A stretch of DNA of 64,000 nt, from the NCBI GenBank assembly GCA_964016885.1, contig OZ024743.1, positions 342,178,001 to 342,242,000 on the forward strand, given 5' to 3'. Position numbers and translations under genes: made by a program. Origin of the DNA: Eledone cirrhosa. Lineage: Eukaryota. This document shows, piece after piece, positions 15,166 through 27,782 of the stretch. How positions within the stretch are numbered: position 1 is the stretch's first letter; each line of letters opens with the position of its first letter. Below the pieces are notes generated by a model. That model worked only from the letters and a program-made list of their open reading frames with translations, searched no databases and was not told the origin of the DNA.

Positions 15166-15186
15166 CTATAATTATATATATATATA

Positions 15187-15281
<95 letters not shown>

Positions 15282-15496
15282 GTTAAAAATGTACATCCAC
15301 ATATGTATACTGAAATACTAGTATGCATATGAATACACACACGTATACATATGTAGATGTACCAAGTTTTTCACTGGTCACTTTACCGTGAGTGTCCAGC
15401 TATTCTGTATGTAAACACACAGACAAACCGGTTTTTAGAGTCATACTGGCTTTTGAGGAAACACCTTTCCTCTATTCTCCAGAAAGCCAGACAAGG

Positions 15497-15541
15497 AATA
15501 TTGAACTAGTTTCGTTGTTGTTACAACTCATCAGCAATATT
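15497..15541 (-). ncRNA. Type I hammerhead ribozyme, canonical core (inverted copy)
   Basis: Reverse complement of 16002-16046. Confidence 0.85.
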
Positions 15542-16001
15542 TACCTATCTACCGGCCTTTCTGGAGAATCGTAAAAGCACATATCGTTATATGCTTTTTC
15601 TATGAAAATTAGTAGTGGGCAGACTAATTTGCATAGAGTGTGAGTACGTACCGGTTCAACGGAGACGATAAAAACAAATAACGAAACGAAATTAAATTTC
15701 GTTTCGTTTGTAACTCACTTTTGTATATGTATACGTGTGTGTATTCATATGCATACTAGTATTTCAGTATACATATGTGGATGTACATTTTTAACTTAAT
15801 TGTTTAAGCGTCAGTCATACAAAAGTGAGTTACAAACGAAACGAAATTTAATTTCGTTTCGTTATTTGTTTTTATCGTCTCCGTTGAACCTGTACGTACT
15901 CACACTCTATGCAAATTAGTCTGCCCACTACTAATTTTCATAGAAAAAGCATATAACGATATGTGCTTTTACGATTCTCCAGAAAGGCCGGTAGATAGGT
16001 A

Positions 16002-16046
16002 AATATTGCTGATGAGTTGTAACAACAACGAAACTAGTTCAATATT
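16002..16046 (+). ncRNA. Type I hammerhead ribozyme, canonical core
   Basis: aauauug-CUGAUGA-GUUGU aaca ACAAC-GAAA-CUAG-UU-caauauu. Stem I extends via ttctccagaaag/ctttctggagaa. Confidence 0.88.
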
Positions 16047-16334
16047 CCTTGTCTGGCTTTCTGGAGAATAGAGGAAAGGTGTTTCCTCAAAAACCAGTAT
16101 GACTCTAAAAACCGGTTTGTCTGTGTGTTTACATACAGAATAGCTGGACACTCACGGTAAAGTGACCAGTGAAAAACTTGGTACATCTACATATGTATAC
16201 GTGTGTGTATTCATATGCATACTAGTATTTCAGTATACATATGTGGATGTACATTTTTAACTTAATTGTTTAAGCGTCAGTCATACAAAAGTGAGTTACA
16301 AACGAAACGAAATTTAATTTCGTTTCGTTATTTG

Positions 16335-16377
<43 letters not shown>

Positions 16378-16381
<4 letters not shown>

Positions 16382-17680
16382 TAAAATAACAGATTAAAGT
16401 TTAAGCAAAGAATCGCTGCTTTCACCCTTAACGGGATCTTCTGAAACTAACAAAGTCAATCTGTAAACGCAGAACGCCACAGACCACATCTTAAACAAAA
16501 GATCTGAGGCAATTTCGACTTGTAAACATGAATTGCACAAAACTTTCCTGTATTACAGCCTCACATTATACCCTAACGGATAGTACGATCTATACGTGGT
16601 TATTTTACGTCTTGATGTGGTAGCTAAGTGTATGTTTTGTTTATACCATTACTTATTTGCATAGGTAAGTATATATTACCTGTATGTTTTGTGAAGGTAC
16701 GTATACTTTCTCATACGTATATTTGATTGATTATGTTATGGCGTATAAATGTTCTATATATTCTGGTACATATGCTTTGGTTATGTGTATACGGGAGTTT
16801 TGCGTCTGCGTGAGTATGCAGGTTCGTACGTATGTAGAGTGTGTGTATATATGTACTTCATGTTTTTGTTGACTTACCTCTCCGAACATTTGTGTATTTA
16901 CATGTAGGTATGTGTGTGCGCTTGTTATATACGTATTTATTTATTTATATACGTTTATTTAATTATTTATTTATTTGTATACACGCACCCACACACACAC
17001 ACACATATTTATATGTGCGTAGTTTTGTATACCTATTGCAAGTGTTTTGCGTATGCTTGTGTATGTACATATTTGCATGCGTGTATGCATTTATTTAATT
17101 TCTATTACGTCTGTATTGTATTTATTTACTTTATTCTTACTCTGAAGCGGAGATTCATTCGGTTTCCTAGTTAGAATTTAGTCTACGACTTCAGCTATAC
17201 CATTTACGTGGATTTGTCTTTGCTTGCAATTGTTTTCCACGCTCCACATATGACGTATTATCTTCGTTTGTCCGTTCATTGCCAGAAAACGTCTCTATGA
17301 ACCACCTAAGAGAACATTAGTCTACTTCTTTTATACCATAAACGTGGTTCTGCCTTTGCGCGTAATTGTTTTTCACCGCTCCTATTAATGACGTATTATA
17401 TTCGTTTGTTCCCGTTCTTTGCCAGGGAACGTTTCTACGAACCAAAGTATCGTCTTCCTGTCTTCCTCCGGTTGCAACGTTTTTTAAAATATCCACTTCT
17501 GCGTTTACAGATTGAATTTGTTAGTTTCAGAAGATCCCGTTAAGGGTGAAAACAGCGATTCTTTGCTTAAACTTTAATCTGTTATTTTAATAAATATTTG
17601 CTCTACGGTTCTTATATATTTGATATATATTTATCCTTATCGAGCCCTCTTTGGATTTTAGTCTTCAAATTTATTATTAT

Positions 17681-17682
<2 letters not shown>
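16378..17682 (+). mobile_element. 5'-truncated Nematis-like PLE: last codons of the endonuclease, about 1 kb 3'UTR and pLTR, with an inverted 5' pLTR
   Basis: About 16480-16560 encodes DHILNKRSEAISTCKH (compare LLNRKSEIFSSCPH at 29490-29535). Inverted arms at 16378-16473 and 17497-17594. Confidence 0.75.
16398..16448 (-). ncRNA. Hammerhead-like motif with variant core CAGAAGA
   Basis: aguuu-CAGAAGA-u ccc guuaa ggg u-GAAA-GCAG cgauucu UUGC-UU-aaacu. The partner copy is at 17523-17573 (+). Confidence 0.65.
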
Positions 17683-17747
<65 letters not shown>

Positions 17748-17766
17748 GTATATATATATATATATA

Positions 17767-17995
17767 GTAATAATAATAAATTTGAAGACTAAAATCCAAA
17801 GAGGGCTCGATAAGGATAAATATATATAAAAAAATATAAGAACCGTAGAGTATATATTTATTAAAATAGATTAAAGTTTAAGCAACGAATCGCTGCTTTC
17901 ACCCTTAACGGGATCTTCTGAAACTCAGAAGATCCTGTTAAGGGTGAAAGCATCGATTTGTTGCTTAAACTTTAATCTTTTATTTTAATAAATAT
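17767..17995. mobile_element. Fold-back pLTR element, CAGAAGA family
   Basis: Near-identical to 14430-14665, with apex at about 17923. Confidence 0.85.
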
Positions 17996-18461
17996 ATATA
18001 TATATTTTTTTTTTGAAACGATCGACTTTCGTCAAATCGGGCCGAGGGAACAATGTTTCCGTTGGTCTTTCCAATTGCTAATACTATCTATCGGTCGCAA
18101 CTCCAGGTAGAAGGAGCAATGAACAGATTCAGGACCCCGCCGGTTGAGCTCCAGCTATTTCGACAGTCCTGAAACTTCTCGTTACCCACTCTGAGCTCCT
18201 GCTGTTTTGACAGTGCTGAATCTTTTCATATTGCCCACTCTACTACCCCAAGTATCGAGTACTCTAGTGGGTTATGGTCCACCTGGTTTTTTTACCACAC
18301 CCTATCTGATACATATATATACTTATATATTTCTATATATCTGTGAGTGTGTGTGCTTGTGCAAATGTATGCCATATATATATATAAAAACCAGGCGGAT
18401 AATAACCCACTAGAGTACTCGATACTTGGAGTAGTAGAGTGGGAAATATATATATATATAA

Positions 18462-19010
18462 AAACAGGTGGCTGGACTGGTGTAAATCCCTGAAAGGTTT
18501 ATTATACTATGATCATTTCAATGACCGGGTTCAGTATGAATACGGTGACATCATCAGGTAATTCAAAATATAACGAAGGAATATAACAGATAAAATCCAT
18601 GGTGCTGAAAATCATATGTAGACCTAATAATCAACACTTGAGGGCGATCCACAGAGGAAGAAGCTGCTAAATTGTCTGTCGTCCTCCTGTCTCTGATTTT
18701 CACCACCATGAATTTTAGCACCATTGTTTTTATCTGTTATATTCCTTCGTTCTATTTTGAATTACCTGATGATATCACCGGATTCATACTGAACCTGGTC
18801 ATTGAAATGATCACAGTATAATAAACCTTTCAAGGATTTACACCAGTCCAGCCTCCTGTTATTTTATAATAACTCCGTACTCGCACCACCAACTACACAA
18901 ACGCAGACGGGTGAGTTGCATTACGTTGAGTGCTCTCCATAATATTACATCGAGGTTGACCACACGGAATGAGTAGTTCTATCCAGTGGTCAACCAACAA
19001 ACCCAATAAA
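18462..19010. mobile_element. Fold-back pLTR element with HHR in each arm
   Basis: Arms 18463-18595 and 18728-18860. HHR at 18501-18562 (-): auuac-CUGAUGA-[31 nt hairpin]-GAAA-UGAUCA-UA-guauaau. Confidence 0.8.
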
Positions 19011-19013
19011 TAA

Positions 19014-19049
<36 letters not shown>

Positions 19050-19053
<4 letters not shown>

Positions 19054-19500
19054 ATACTTTGGGAGGGTCATGTTGCCAATAAGAAACACACGCACCAGTT
19101 GCTTCACTTCAATTTATTATAATAAATTTATGAATTTAGGAATTTATAAATTTCCAGTTGGTTGGTTGGTTCCACAACCAGATGATTGTTTATATATTGT
19201 CAAAGTTCTTTCGTCACACATTCTGTGACCTCTTCGGTGACTGGGGATTCTTTTCTTTGTTTTTGTGCCTCTCCTTTGTTCTGTCCTACGCACAGAATGT
19301 GTGACGAAAGAACTTTGACAATATATAAACAATCATCTGGTTGTGGAACCAACCAACCAACCGGAAATTTAAAAATTCTTAGATTTATAAATTTATTATA
19401 ATAAATAGAAGTGAAAGCAACTGGTGCGTGTGTTTCTTATTGGCAACATTACCCTCCCAAAGTATAACAATATCGGTTTCAACACACGTTTTCAGATAAA
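19050..19500. mobile_element. Fold-back solo pLTR related to the Neptune-like element, with HHR at 19199-19241 (-)
   Basis: Arms 19049-19225 and 19292-19471. Shares 'ttgttatact(t)gggagggtcat' with 20233-20257. Motif guca-CCGAAGA-G-GUCACA gaaug UGUGAC-GAAA-GAAC-UU-ugac. Confidence 0.8.
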
Positions 19501-19591
19501 GAATCTTGGTAAACAAATTCAGAAGCGAAATATATATATATATGACATACATATGTACAAACACACACATATATTATATATATATAAACAA

Positions 19592-19623
<32 letters not shown>

Positions 19624-19630
19624 GTATATA

Positions 19631-19694
<64 letters not shown>

Positions 19695-19974
19695 AAAATG
19701 TATGACCGCGACGGCAGAGCTCAAGCCGTTTCGACAGCTATTTCTGTCCAGAAATAGCCGTCGAAACGGCTTGAGCTAGGCCGTCGGGGTCATACATGAT
19801 CCTATTACCCACTCTACTACCCTAAGTATTGAGTACTCTGGGGCGTTATCACAACTCCTTCGTTATATATATATATATATATATATGTAAAGGGTAAACA
19901 GAAATAACAACACAATCGCTACAGTATATGGAAGGGATATATTTGGTTAGTGATTGATATAGCAGGAAGAGGGA

Positions 19975-20008
19975 CTTAACGTTTCGGACGCTAGTGCTTC
20001 ATCAGAAA
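19975..20008 (-). ncRNA. Minimal hammerhead motif, partly decayed
   Basis: uuu-CUGAUGA-agcac uagc gucc-GAAA-CG-UU-aag. Confidence 0.55.
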
Positions 20009-20109
20009 AAGAATGAGAAATAAGATAGATTGAGGGGACGGGGGTGGGGATTGGAATAAATGTCTTTAGATAAAAATAATAGATCCATTCATGTTGACAT
20101 CTCTTACAA

Positions 20110-20189
<80 letters not shown>

Positions 20190-20192
<3 letters not shown>

Positions 20193-22260
20193 TTGCGAGG
20201 TTTTTGATATGAAATCGTGTGTCGAAACTAATATTGTTATACTTGGGGAGGGTCATATTTGTGTAATATTGCCAGAATTAATAACAGAACACACTCACTG
20301 TTTGGTTGGTTTTCGCTTTTCGCTTCTGTGTCTTTTATATCGGTAATTTAATTTATTCGGTCCTCAATGTTGCCATTGACTAACCAACGGTCAAAAACAC
20401 AGATACAATATAGACACCAACACATATATATAGTTTATCAAAGTTCTTTCGTTGCACCTCTGCAACATCGTCAGTGGTGCTATTGTTTCGTCCCGTTGCA
20501 TTGTACTTTCTACGCCATCTTTATTTAGTCTGTTTATATATTTATTTATTTGTTTATTTTGTCTTCTTTGGGCATGCGTTTGCGTGTGTGTATAGTGTTT
20601 TGTTTGATGTGTGTTGGTGATTGGGTGACTGTGTATTGGTTAATGTATTCTATCTTTACTAGTGTGTGTTTATATGTGTTTGTTGTTATTGTGCTTGTGT
20701 ATGTATTTAATTATTTATCTATTTATTTATTTATTTATACTTCTCTTAGGTCAGTGTTGTTTGTTTGGGTGTTGTTGTTATTCCATTCATTTTTTCTGTT
20801 TAGCCTTGGCCTTCTAAGTTCTATTTCACTGGCCTCTCTGATTTGACTATCTGCTGGGTCATTTCTATGTTTAGATATTATTCTAATTTCTAAGTTGTCT
20901 ATGTTAACGTTGTGTTGTTGTCTGGCATGTTCGTATAGTACTGAACCGTTTGTTAGTCCTTTTAGTTCCCCCAGTGTTGGTCTATCATTTAACCTATGCT
21001 ACGAGCTGTCTCGCCTATGTATGTGGTTGTCATGTTACTGCAAGTACCCTATGTACATCTTATGCTATAGACTACTTTTCTAGTTTTACAACTTATCCGG
21101 GGGTTTACCTTACATATGATACATTTCCTATTAGTACAGTGGGTTTTCTTAAAAGGGTAGGTTTTGCTGATCAGTGATTTTATGGTGGTTCCTGGCTTTT
21201 CTACCACCTTAATCTTTAAGTGGGTCTTTCTCAGGGCCTTTCTACACTGATTACCTCATTTCCCTCCAGGGGTAGCGTCAACAAACATGACACTCTGGTA
21301 TCTCTGGTTGTCGTACCATGAGGTGGCTTTCCTTATATTATGTCTAGCCCTATCTAAGCTATTCCATGATTTGCTCCTGTATAATGGGCAAATTCCTTTC
21401 ATGTCCAGTTCTATGAGGGTCTTATACTTCTCAGTGGCTCCTTGGTATACTCTGATTATGTCTCTTTGGTTGTAGCCAGAGAACTGCATGCGGGTGATGA
21501 AGTGTTGGATGTGTCTTTCCATTTCTGTTGGGTCGCACATGCGGGACACGTTCTTCATCACTCGTCCCAAGTCTGCGATCAGAATATTAAACTTAGCACT
21601 ACTGGACATTGCTGAGTTTTTGAGTATCAGGTATTTGGAGGCCATGGGTTTAACCTAGTGTGAGTGGAGAATTTGGGCTCTCTCGTCTATAGTGTTAATC
21701 CAGAGTTCCGTGTCTAATACAGGTAGTCTATTGTTAGGATGTTTGGAAGGGTAGTTGATAGTTACAGTTCTCCTCTGGTGTATGGAATTAGCTATCTGCT
21801 GGATGCTTCCAATGTGCTACGTAGCAATGTGCTACGTTCTAAATCAAACTTGTTAGTGCTCTCTTGTGGGGATTTTCTTATAACTATATTGATATCGTCT
21901 ACGTAACGAGAGAACATGATGAGGTCTATGGGGCTCTTATTACGGAGATCTTTAAGTCTCCTTTCCCATCATACCATAAAAAGGTTGGCAACCTCACCAG
22001 CTATGCTGACGCCAATGGCTGCTCCCTCATTTTGGGTGTAGATCTTCTTGTTGAACTTGAATATGTGGCCCTTTAGGGTAGTTTGATAGTAGCCCCCATT
22101 GCATGTGCGACCATTTTTCTTACCTGATCATAGTTTCATGGGAGTCTTTTTAGCCATTGAGGTTATGGTGGGAGGTCTACCTCTTATGGCTCTATTGGGG
22201 CAGAAACGTCTAAGGTCATGGCTGTCTAGGTAGTCAGTGTCGTAGGTAAGTCTAAGTAGT
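20190..22260 (-). mobile_element. Neptune-like PLE, 5'-truncated inverted copy (RT C-terminal half, GIY-YIG, 3'UTR, pLTR)
   Basis: RYVDDI, LPVLD and PMASKYLI...SAMSSSAKFNIL...FSGY...VMFVDATPGGK. Nearly identical to 24690-25860 reversed. It ends at (TA)n and has an HHR at 20438-20477. Confidence 0.92.
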
Positions 22261-24066
22261 ATCTGTGTTTTTGATCGTAGAAATGATGGCGTAGAAAGTA
22301 CAATGCAACGGGACGAAACAATAGCACCACTGACGATGTTGCAGATGTGCAACGAACGAACTTTGATAAACTATATATATGTGTTTGATTCTATATTGTA
22401 TCTGTGTTTTTTACCGTTGGTCAGTCAATGGCAACATTGAGGACCGAATAAATTAAATTACCGATATAAAAGATACAGAAGCGAAAAGCGAAAACCAACC
22501 AAACAGTGAGTGTATTCTGTTATCAATTCTGGCAATATTACACAAATATGACCCTCCCCAAGTATTACAATATTTGTCTCGACACGATTTCATATCAAAA
22601 ACCTCGCAAAACTAATTCATCGCCATTATGGCATTAGCTTGTGCCAAGCTGAAAGGTTATTGAACGGCACTGTTTTCTGTTATATAAAAACTACAATAAC
22701 AACAGAACAAATCCGCTTCTTAAAACACTGTGTTTCCTCCAAAATATACACAACAAACATATCAAAACAAGTAAATAATTTATTTTTGAACAAAACACAA
22801 GCTGAACGACTAAAACACACAATAACAGTTAATATGAAAAGAACAAACATACACAAAAATCAACCAACTTTACAGACAGAAACGCATTAACGGTAAGGAA
22901 GTCCAAAATCTCACCACACCCAACGAGAGAGATGACTTCATGAGCTTCATCCGACGTGAAACGAAATACGCCCGAAACGAATGCAATAGGCATTTCAATA
23001 AGAAATTAGAATGGATTAATAAGAAAAAACTAGAAGAAAGGAAAATAGAATATTCTCAAAAATACCCAGATAACATCAACAATATCCGTATGACTGATGT
23101 AAAACTACCGGAAGAATTTAACAATGACAACACAGTAAACATTTATGGGAACACTTTAATCAGTGAACAAGAACAACAAATCCTGCAGCTACCACCAAAA
23201 TTTGCCATCTACAAAAAGATTAACCCTATTGAGCTGGAAAAGTGTTTCACAAAAATACGTTGGAATGCAAAAGTAAACAACAACAACAACTATACGGACA
23301 ACAACAACAATAATAACGGTAGTAGTAATATAAACAATAACTCTGAGTATAGAAATAACAGCTATAATAGTAATAGTCATAACAATAACAATAGCTGGAG
23401 AGGGACAAATAGTAATAATGGTAATAATACTAACGATAGACAGAACAACAACAACAACCACAATAATAATAATAATAGAAACTACAGACACAGCAGCAGC
23501 GACCACAGTAGTAATAACAGTAACAATACGAATAACAACAACAACAACCACAGTGGTAATAATAGAAATAATACATGTAGCAACATTAATGATAGACACA
23601 ACAAAAACAAGAAACATAATAAAAGTAACAACCACAATGGTAGAAATAACAGTAAAAACAACAATCACAGCAACAATACATCTAGCAATCATAACAACAA
23701 TACATCTAACAATCACAGCAACAATACATCTAGCAATCATAACAATAATAATAATGCTAATGATAGGAACAACAACAACCACCATAATAAAAATAATAGC
23801 AAAACACACAACTATGACGATAGATATAATGACAACCCTTAGAGAAACTATTCTTCAACCCAGCTGACAAAACATATAAGACGGGTAATATCTATCCTAC
23901 GAGGTTACCCTTTAATAAAAGAGTTTGCATACCACAACAAATAGATGACGAGACAGAGGCACAGTTCACCATAGCTAGAAATAAGATTAGACAAATAATA
24001 GACCGGTTTACTAAGAGACAGAGCAGACCAGAGATCCAACAACTTGGGAGGAAACCTGTAGAAGGC

Positions 24067-25203
24067 TTGGTTAGCCTCAAGCAGCGCACAAGGGATGGTG
24101 AGGTAGTATGTCTACCCACGGATAAGTCTGGTAGGATGTCAATAGATAGCATGCCGAACTACATCAAGGCTATGCAACCCCACACCACCAACACGAGCGA
24201 AATTGCACAGCAAATACATGATGGGAGAGAGAAAATCTTCAACGCTCACATGATGATGTGGACTGACATCCTAAAGCCAAGCAGACGCACTGCCAACAAC
24301 TTCCAGGCGTCTAACAATGGCATACCACCCTTGTATGTGCTCGGCAAAGACCACAAGACAGTCGACGGCACGACAACAGGACCACCAACAAGACCCGTAT
24401 GCGGAGCAAATATAGCTAGCAACTACAGGATATTCCACTTCCTCTCAATGGTTATACGCCCCATAATCAAGATGTCCCCAGATGTATCTGACAGTACAGA
24501 GGACCTCCTCAGCAGAATCAGTGAGTGCAACAAAAACAGGAACCTATCCAACTGCATAATAGGCAGCATGGATGTGGTATCACTGTACCCATCCATTAAC
24601 ATTGATTTTGCCGTGGAAAAATCTGTGGAGATGATCAGTGAGAGTGAGGTGGAGTTCGGCGACGTCGACACAAAGGAACTGGGCCTCCTACTTAGACTTA
24701 GCTACGAAACTGACTACCTAGACAGCCATGACCTTAGACGTTTCTGCCCCAGTAGACCCATAAGAGGTAGACCCCCCCCCCCCACCATAACCTCAATGGC
24801 TAAAAAGACTCCCATGGGAAGGTGGATTGGGTGGACCAAAGCTATACGGACCACCCATAACAATGATCAGTTAAGGAAAATGGTCGCACATGCAATAGCG
24901 GCTAGTATCAAAACTACCCTAAAGGGCCACATATTCAAGTTCAACGAGAAGATCTACACCCAAAATAAGGGAGCAGCCATTGGCGTCAGCATAGCTGTTG
25001 ACGTTGCAAACCTTTTCATGGTATGGTGGGAAAGGAGACTTAAAGATCTCCTTAATAAGAGCTCCATAGACCTCATCATGTTCTCTCGTTACGTAGACGA
25101 TATCAATATAGTTATAAGAACATCCCCACAAGAGAGCACTAACAAGTTTGATTTAGAACGTAGCACATTGCTACGTAGTACATTGGAAGCATCCAGCAGA
25201 TAG
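24067..25203 (+). pseudogene. PLE reverse transcriptase core (frameshifted at both ends)
   Basis: TDKSGR, KDHK, RPV, GSMDVVSLYPSI, QNKGAAIG...ANLFM, SRYVDDI. Confidence 0.92.
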
Positions 25204-25628
25204 CTAATTCCATACACCAGAGTATAACTGTAACTATCGACTACCCTTCCAAACATCCTAACAATAGACTACCTGTATTAGAACGTGTCCAGCATGTGCG
25301 ACCCAACAGAAATGGAAAGACACATCCAACACTTCATCAACCGCATGCAGTTCTCTGGCTACAACCAAAGAGACAGAATCAGAGTATACGAAGGAGCCAC
25401 ACTGAGAAGTATAAGACCCTCATAGAACTGGACATGAAAGGAATTTGCCCATTATACAGGAGCAAATCATGGAATAGCTTAGATAGGGCTAGACATAATA
25501 TATGGAAAGCCACCTCATGGTACGACAACCAGAGATACCAGAGTGTCATGTTTGTGGACGCTACCCCTGGAGGCAAATTAGCTAACTAGTGTAGAAAGGC
25601 CCTGAGAAAGACCCACTTAAAGAATAAG

Positions 25629-25860
25629 GTGGTAGAAAAGCCGGGAACCACCGTAAAATCCCTGATCAGCAAAACCAACCCTTTTAAGAAAACCCACTGT
25701 ACTAATAGGAAATGTATCATATGTAAGGTAAACCCTCGGATAAACTGTAAAACTAGAAAAGTAGTCTATAGCATGAGATGTACAGAGGGTACTTGCAGAA
25801 ACATGACAACAACATACATAGGCGAGACAGCTCGTAGTATAGGTGAAAGGATACACCAAC
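25629..25860 (+). pseudogene. GIY-YIG endonuclease N-terminal part with upstream Cys motif
   Basis: CTNRKCIIC...NCKTRKVVYSMRC...C...YIGETARSIGER. Confidence 0.88.
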
Positions 25861-25861
25861 C

Positions 25862-26070
<209 letters not shown>

Positions 26071-27692
26071 TACTTACACATATACACGAGCTGCTGGCCA
26101 AACAATTTTTGATATCAATGGATTAAATACATCCTCCGGGCAAACGCCTTCTCCATTCTGTCCGCCGGAGCTGTGGGGAGGCCAGCACATGGGACCCCAT
26201 TTGCTCACCAGCGGAGAGATGGGGAGGGTGAGAGAGATGGATGTTATGGCAGTGGGAGTTCGGCTCTTCCACGTTGGCGTTCATCAAGCCCTATTGTAGT
26301 AATGGGATTGAGTTAATCCTATTTGGTTGTTTAAACAATTGTCTCTAATAAATGACTTGTATATGGAACATGTGAGCATGTGAAATATCTGACAGGTCAA
26401 GTCTTGAATTCTATCAAACAATCTAGCCCATACTAACACGGAAAGAGGACATGAAATGATGATATGGAATTTCAGGGTTATGTTAAGCACAGAGATTGTT
26501 TTAATGTCACTTGGATTTAAAATTTTATTATCTTAATTATCCACTTCTCTGTAGTGAGAACTTGATTAATGTAAAATCAATTAGTGGTCAGTTCTTCAGT
26601 CTAAAGTCTCTAGGTAGAATAAGTGGCCAAGTTGTATGTATATTTAAATCTATATATACAAATTTACATGTACACACGTACATACACTCTCAGATATATA
26701 TTGAGTGACTGTGAAAGAGCAAAGGTCATTATTGAAAGTCCCTGGATGTGTATATTTCGCAAGGTACTTTATATTTTTTATTTGAGAAGTTAAGAACTGT
26801 CACTTGAATACTCTACTCTAAATAACAGTATAGTATATATTCACAGTTATTTAAAAATCCATTCAATTATGACATTCTTTTTAATATTTAGTATTACTGT
26901 ATACTGACAGTAATATGTACAATATATATATACACTATAATTAGTAAAAATACATGCTTTTCAGCAAAAGTTTTATTGCACTGTTTTGTTTTCACTCATG
27001 TATTTTTTGAAAATGTTACTTATTCATTATAAAAATTAAATGATAGCATTCTATATGTTGGTGAAGCCCCCTATATCTCTTGGCAAGAAATATTTTTAGA
27101 CCTAGTCCGCCACTGTGTATGTGTGTATGCATACATGTACACACATATACACTCATATACACACACATAATGCCTTCACTTTGATCTCCGCTTCAAGTCA
27201 CAGTAGTTTAACGGTCTTCATTCTTCCACATAATTATTTCTGACCAGTCAGATGTGTAACACTCTTCGTCTGCTTATAATTTCATTCTCAGCCTTGTTTA
27301 TTCTACACGTTTAGGTATTGAATACAATGTGACGATTAATATAAATATACAGTTATTTTCTCTATATTTGTATATTTTTATTTCGTTTATGTTTTTCCTT
27401 CTGTTAATTTTATATTACATATAACACGACGCACTCCACCGTGATGAAACAGAGTCCTGTCCAAAATGATACAAAATTGTAATATCTGATGCAATACCAT
27501 GTAGCTTTCCTTGTGTTTTTGTTTTTATTTTTTGTTCGTTTACTATCTCCTTTTTTAATTTTACACAAATAAACACAGAGATACTGACGCACACACACAG
27601 ACAATCACACACATGTACCCACACATAAACACAGACACAGACACACACACACTCGCACACACACACAGACACACACACACTCACACACACAC

Positions 27693-27724
<32 letters not shown>

Positions 27725-27782
27725 TATAAAAATTATAAAAAATAAACCAAAGAAGCCTTCAATACATCAAAAGTCTTTATTA

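Larger units (their letters stand above)
15277..16340 (+). mobile_element. Non-coding 466-nt monomer element: about 1.3 tandem copies plus one inverted copy (retrozyme-like)
   Basis: 15725-15873 is repeated at 16191-16339 (period 466), and 15277-15724 is an inverted copy. One HHR per monomer, with (TA)n on both sides. Confidence 0.85.
22270..25860 (+). mobile_element. Neptune-like PLE, near full length (5' pLTR 22270-22613 plus frameshifted RT/GIY-YIG ORF)
   Basis: The pLTR is the reverse complement of 20190-20535. ORF pieces lie at 22639, 22940, 24067 and 25629. There is an internal deletion of about 160 bp at about 25283 relative to the inverted copy, and the 3' end is truncated within the endonuclease. 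Confidence 0.93.

Noticed and set aside
15392-16151. Duplicated 60-aa ORFs on opposite strands (also 19144/19186)
   Set aside because: By-products of the inverted repeats. They run antisense to or across the HHR and have no ATG or recognisable domain.
23189-23867. Hydrophobic or Thr/Ile-rich ORFs
   Set aside because: Alternative frames of the (AAC/AAT)n region.
22620-25860. Selenoprotein-type (Naiad) PLE
   Set aside because: The endonuclease is C-terminal, the interruptions are frameshifts rather than conserved in-frame TGA, and no SECIS was recognised.
27103-27115. hAT-like terminal sequence (reverse complement CAGTGGCGGACTA)
   Set aside because: No matching second TIR, target-site duplication or transposase was found.
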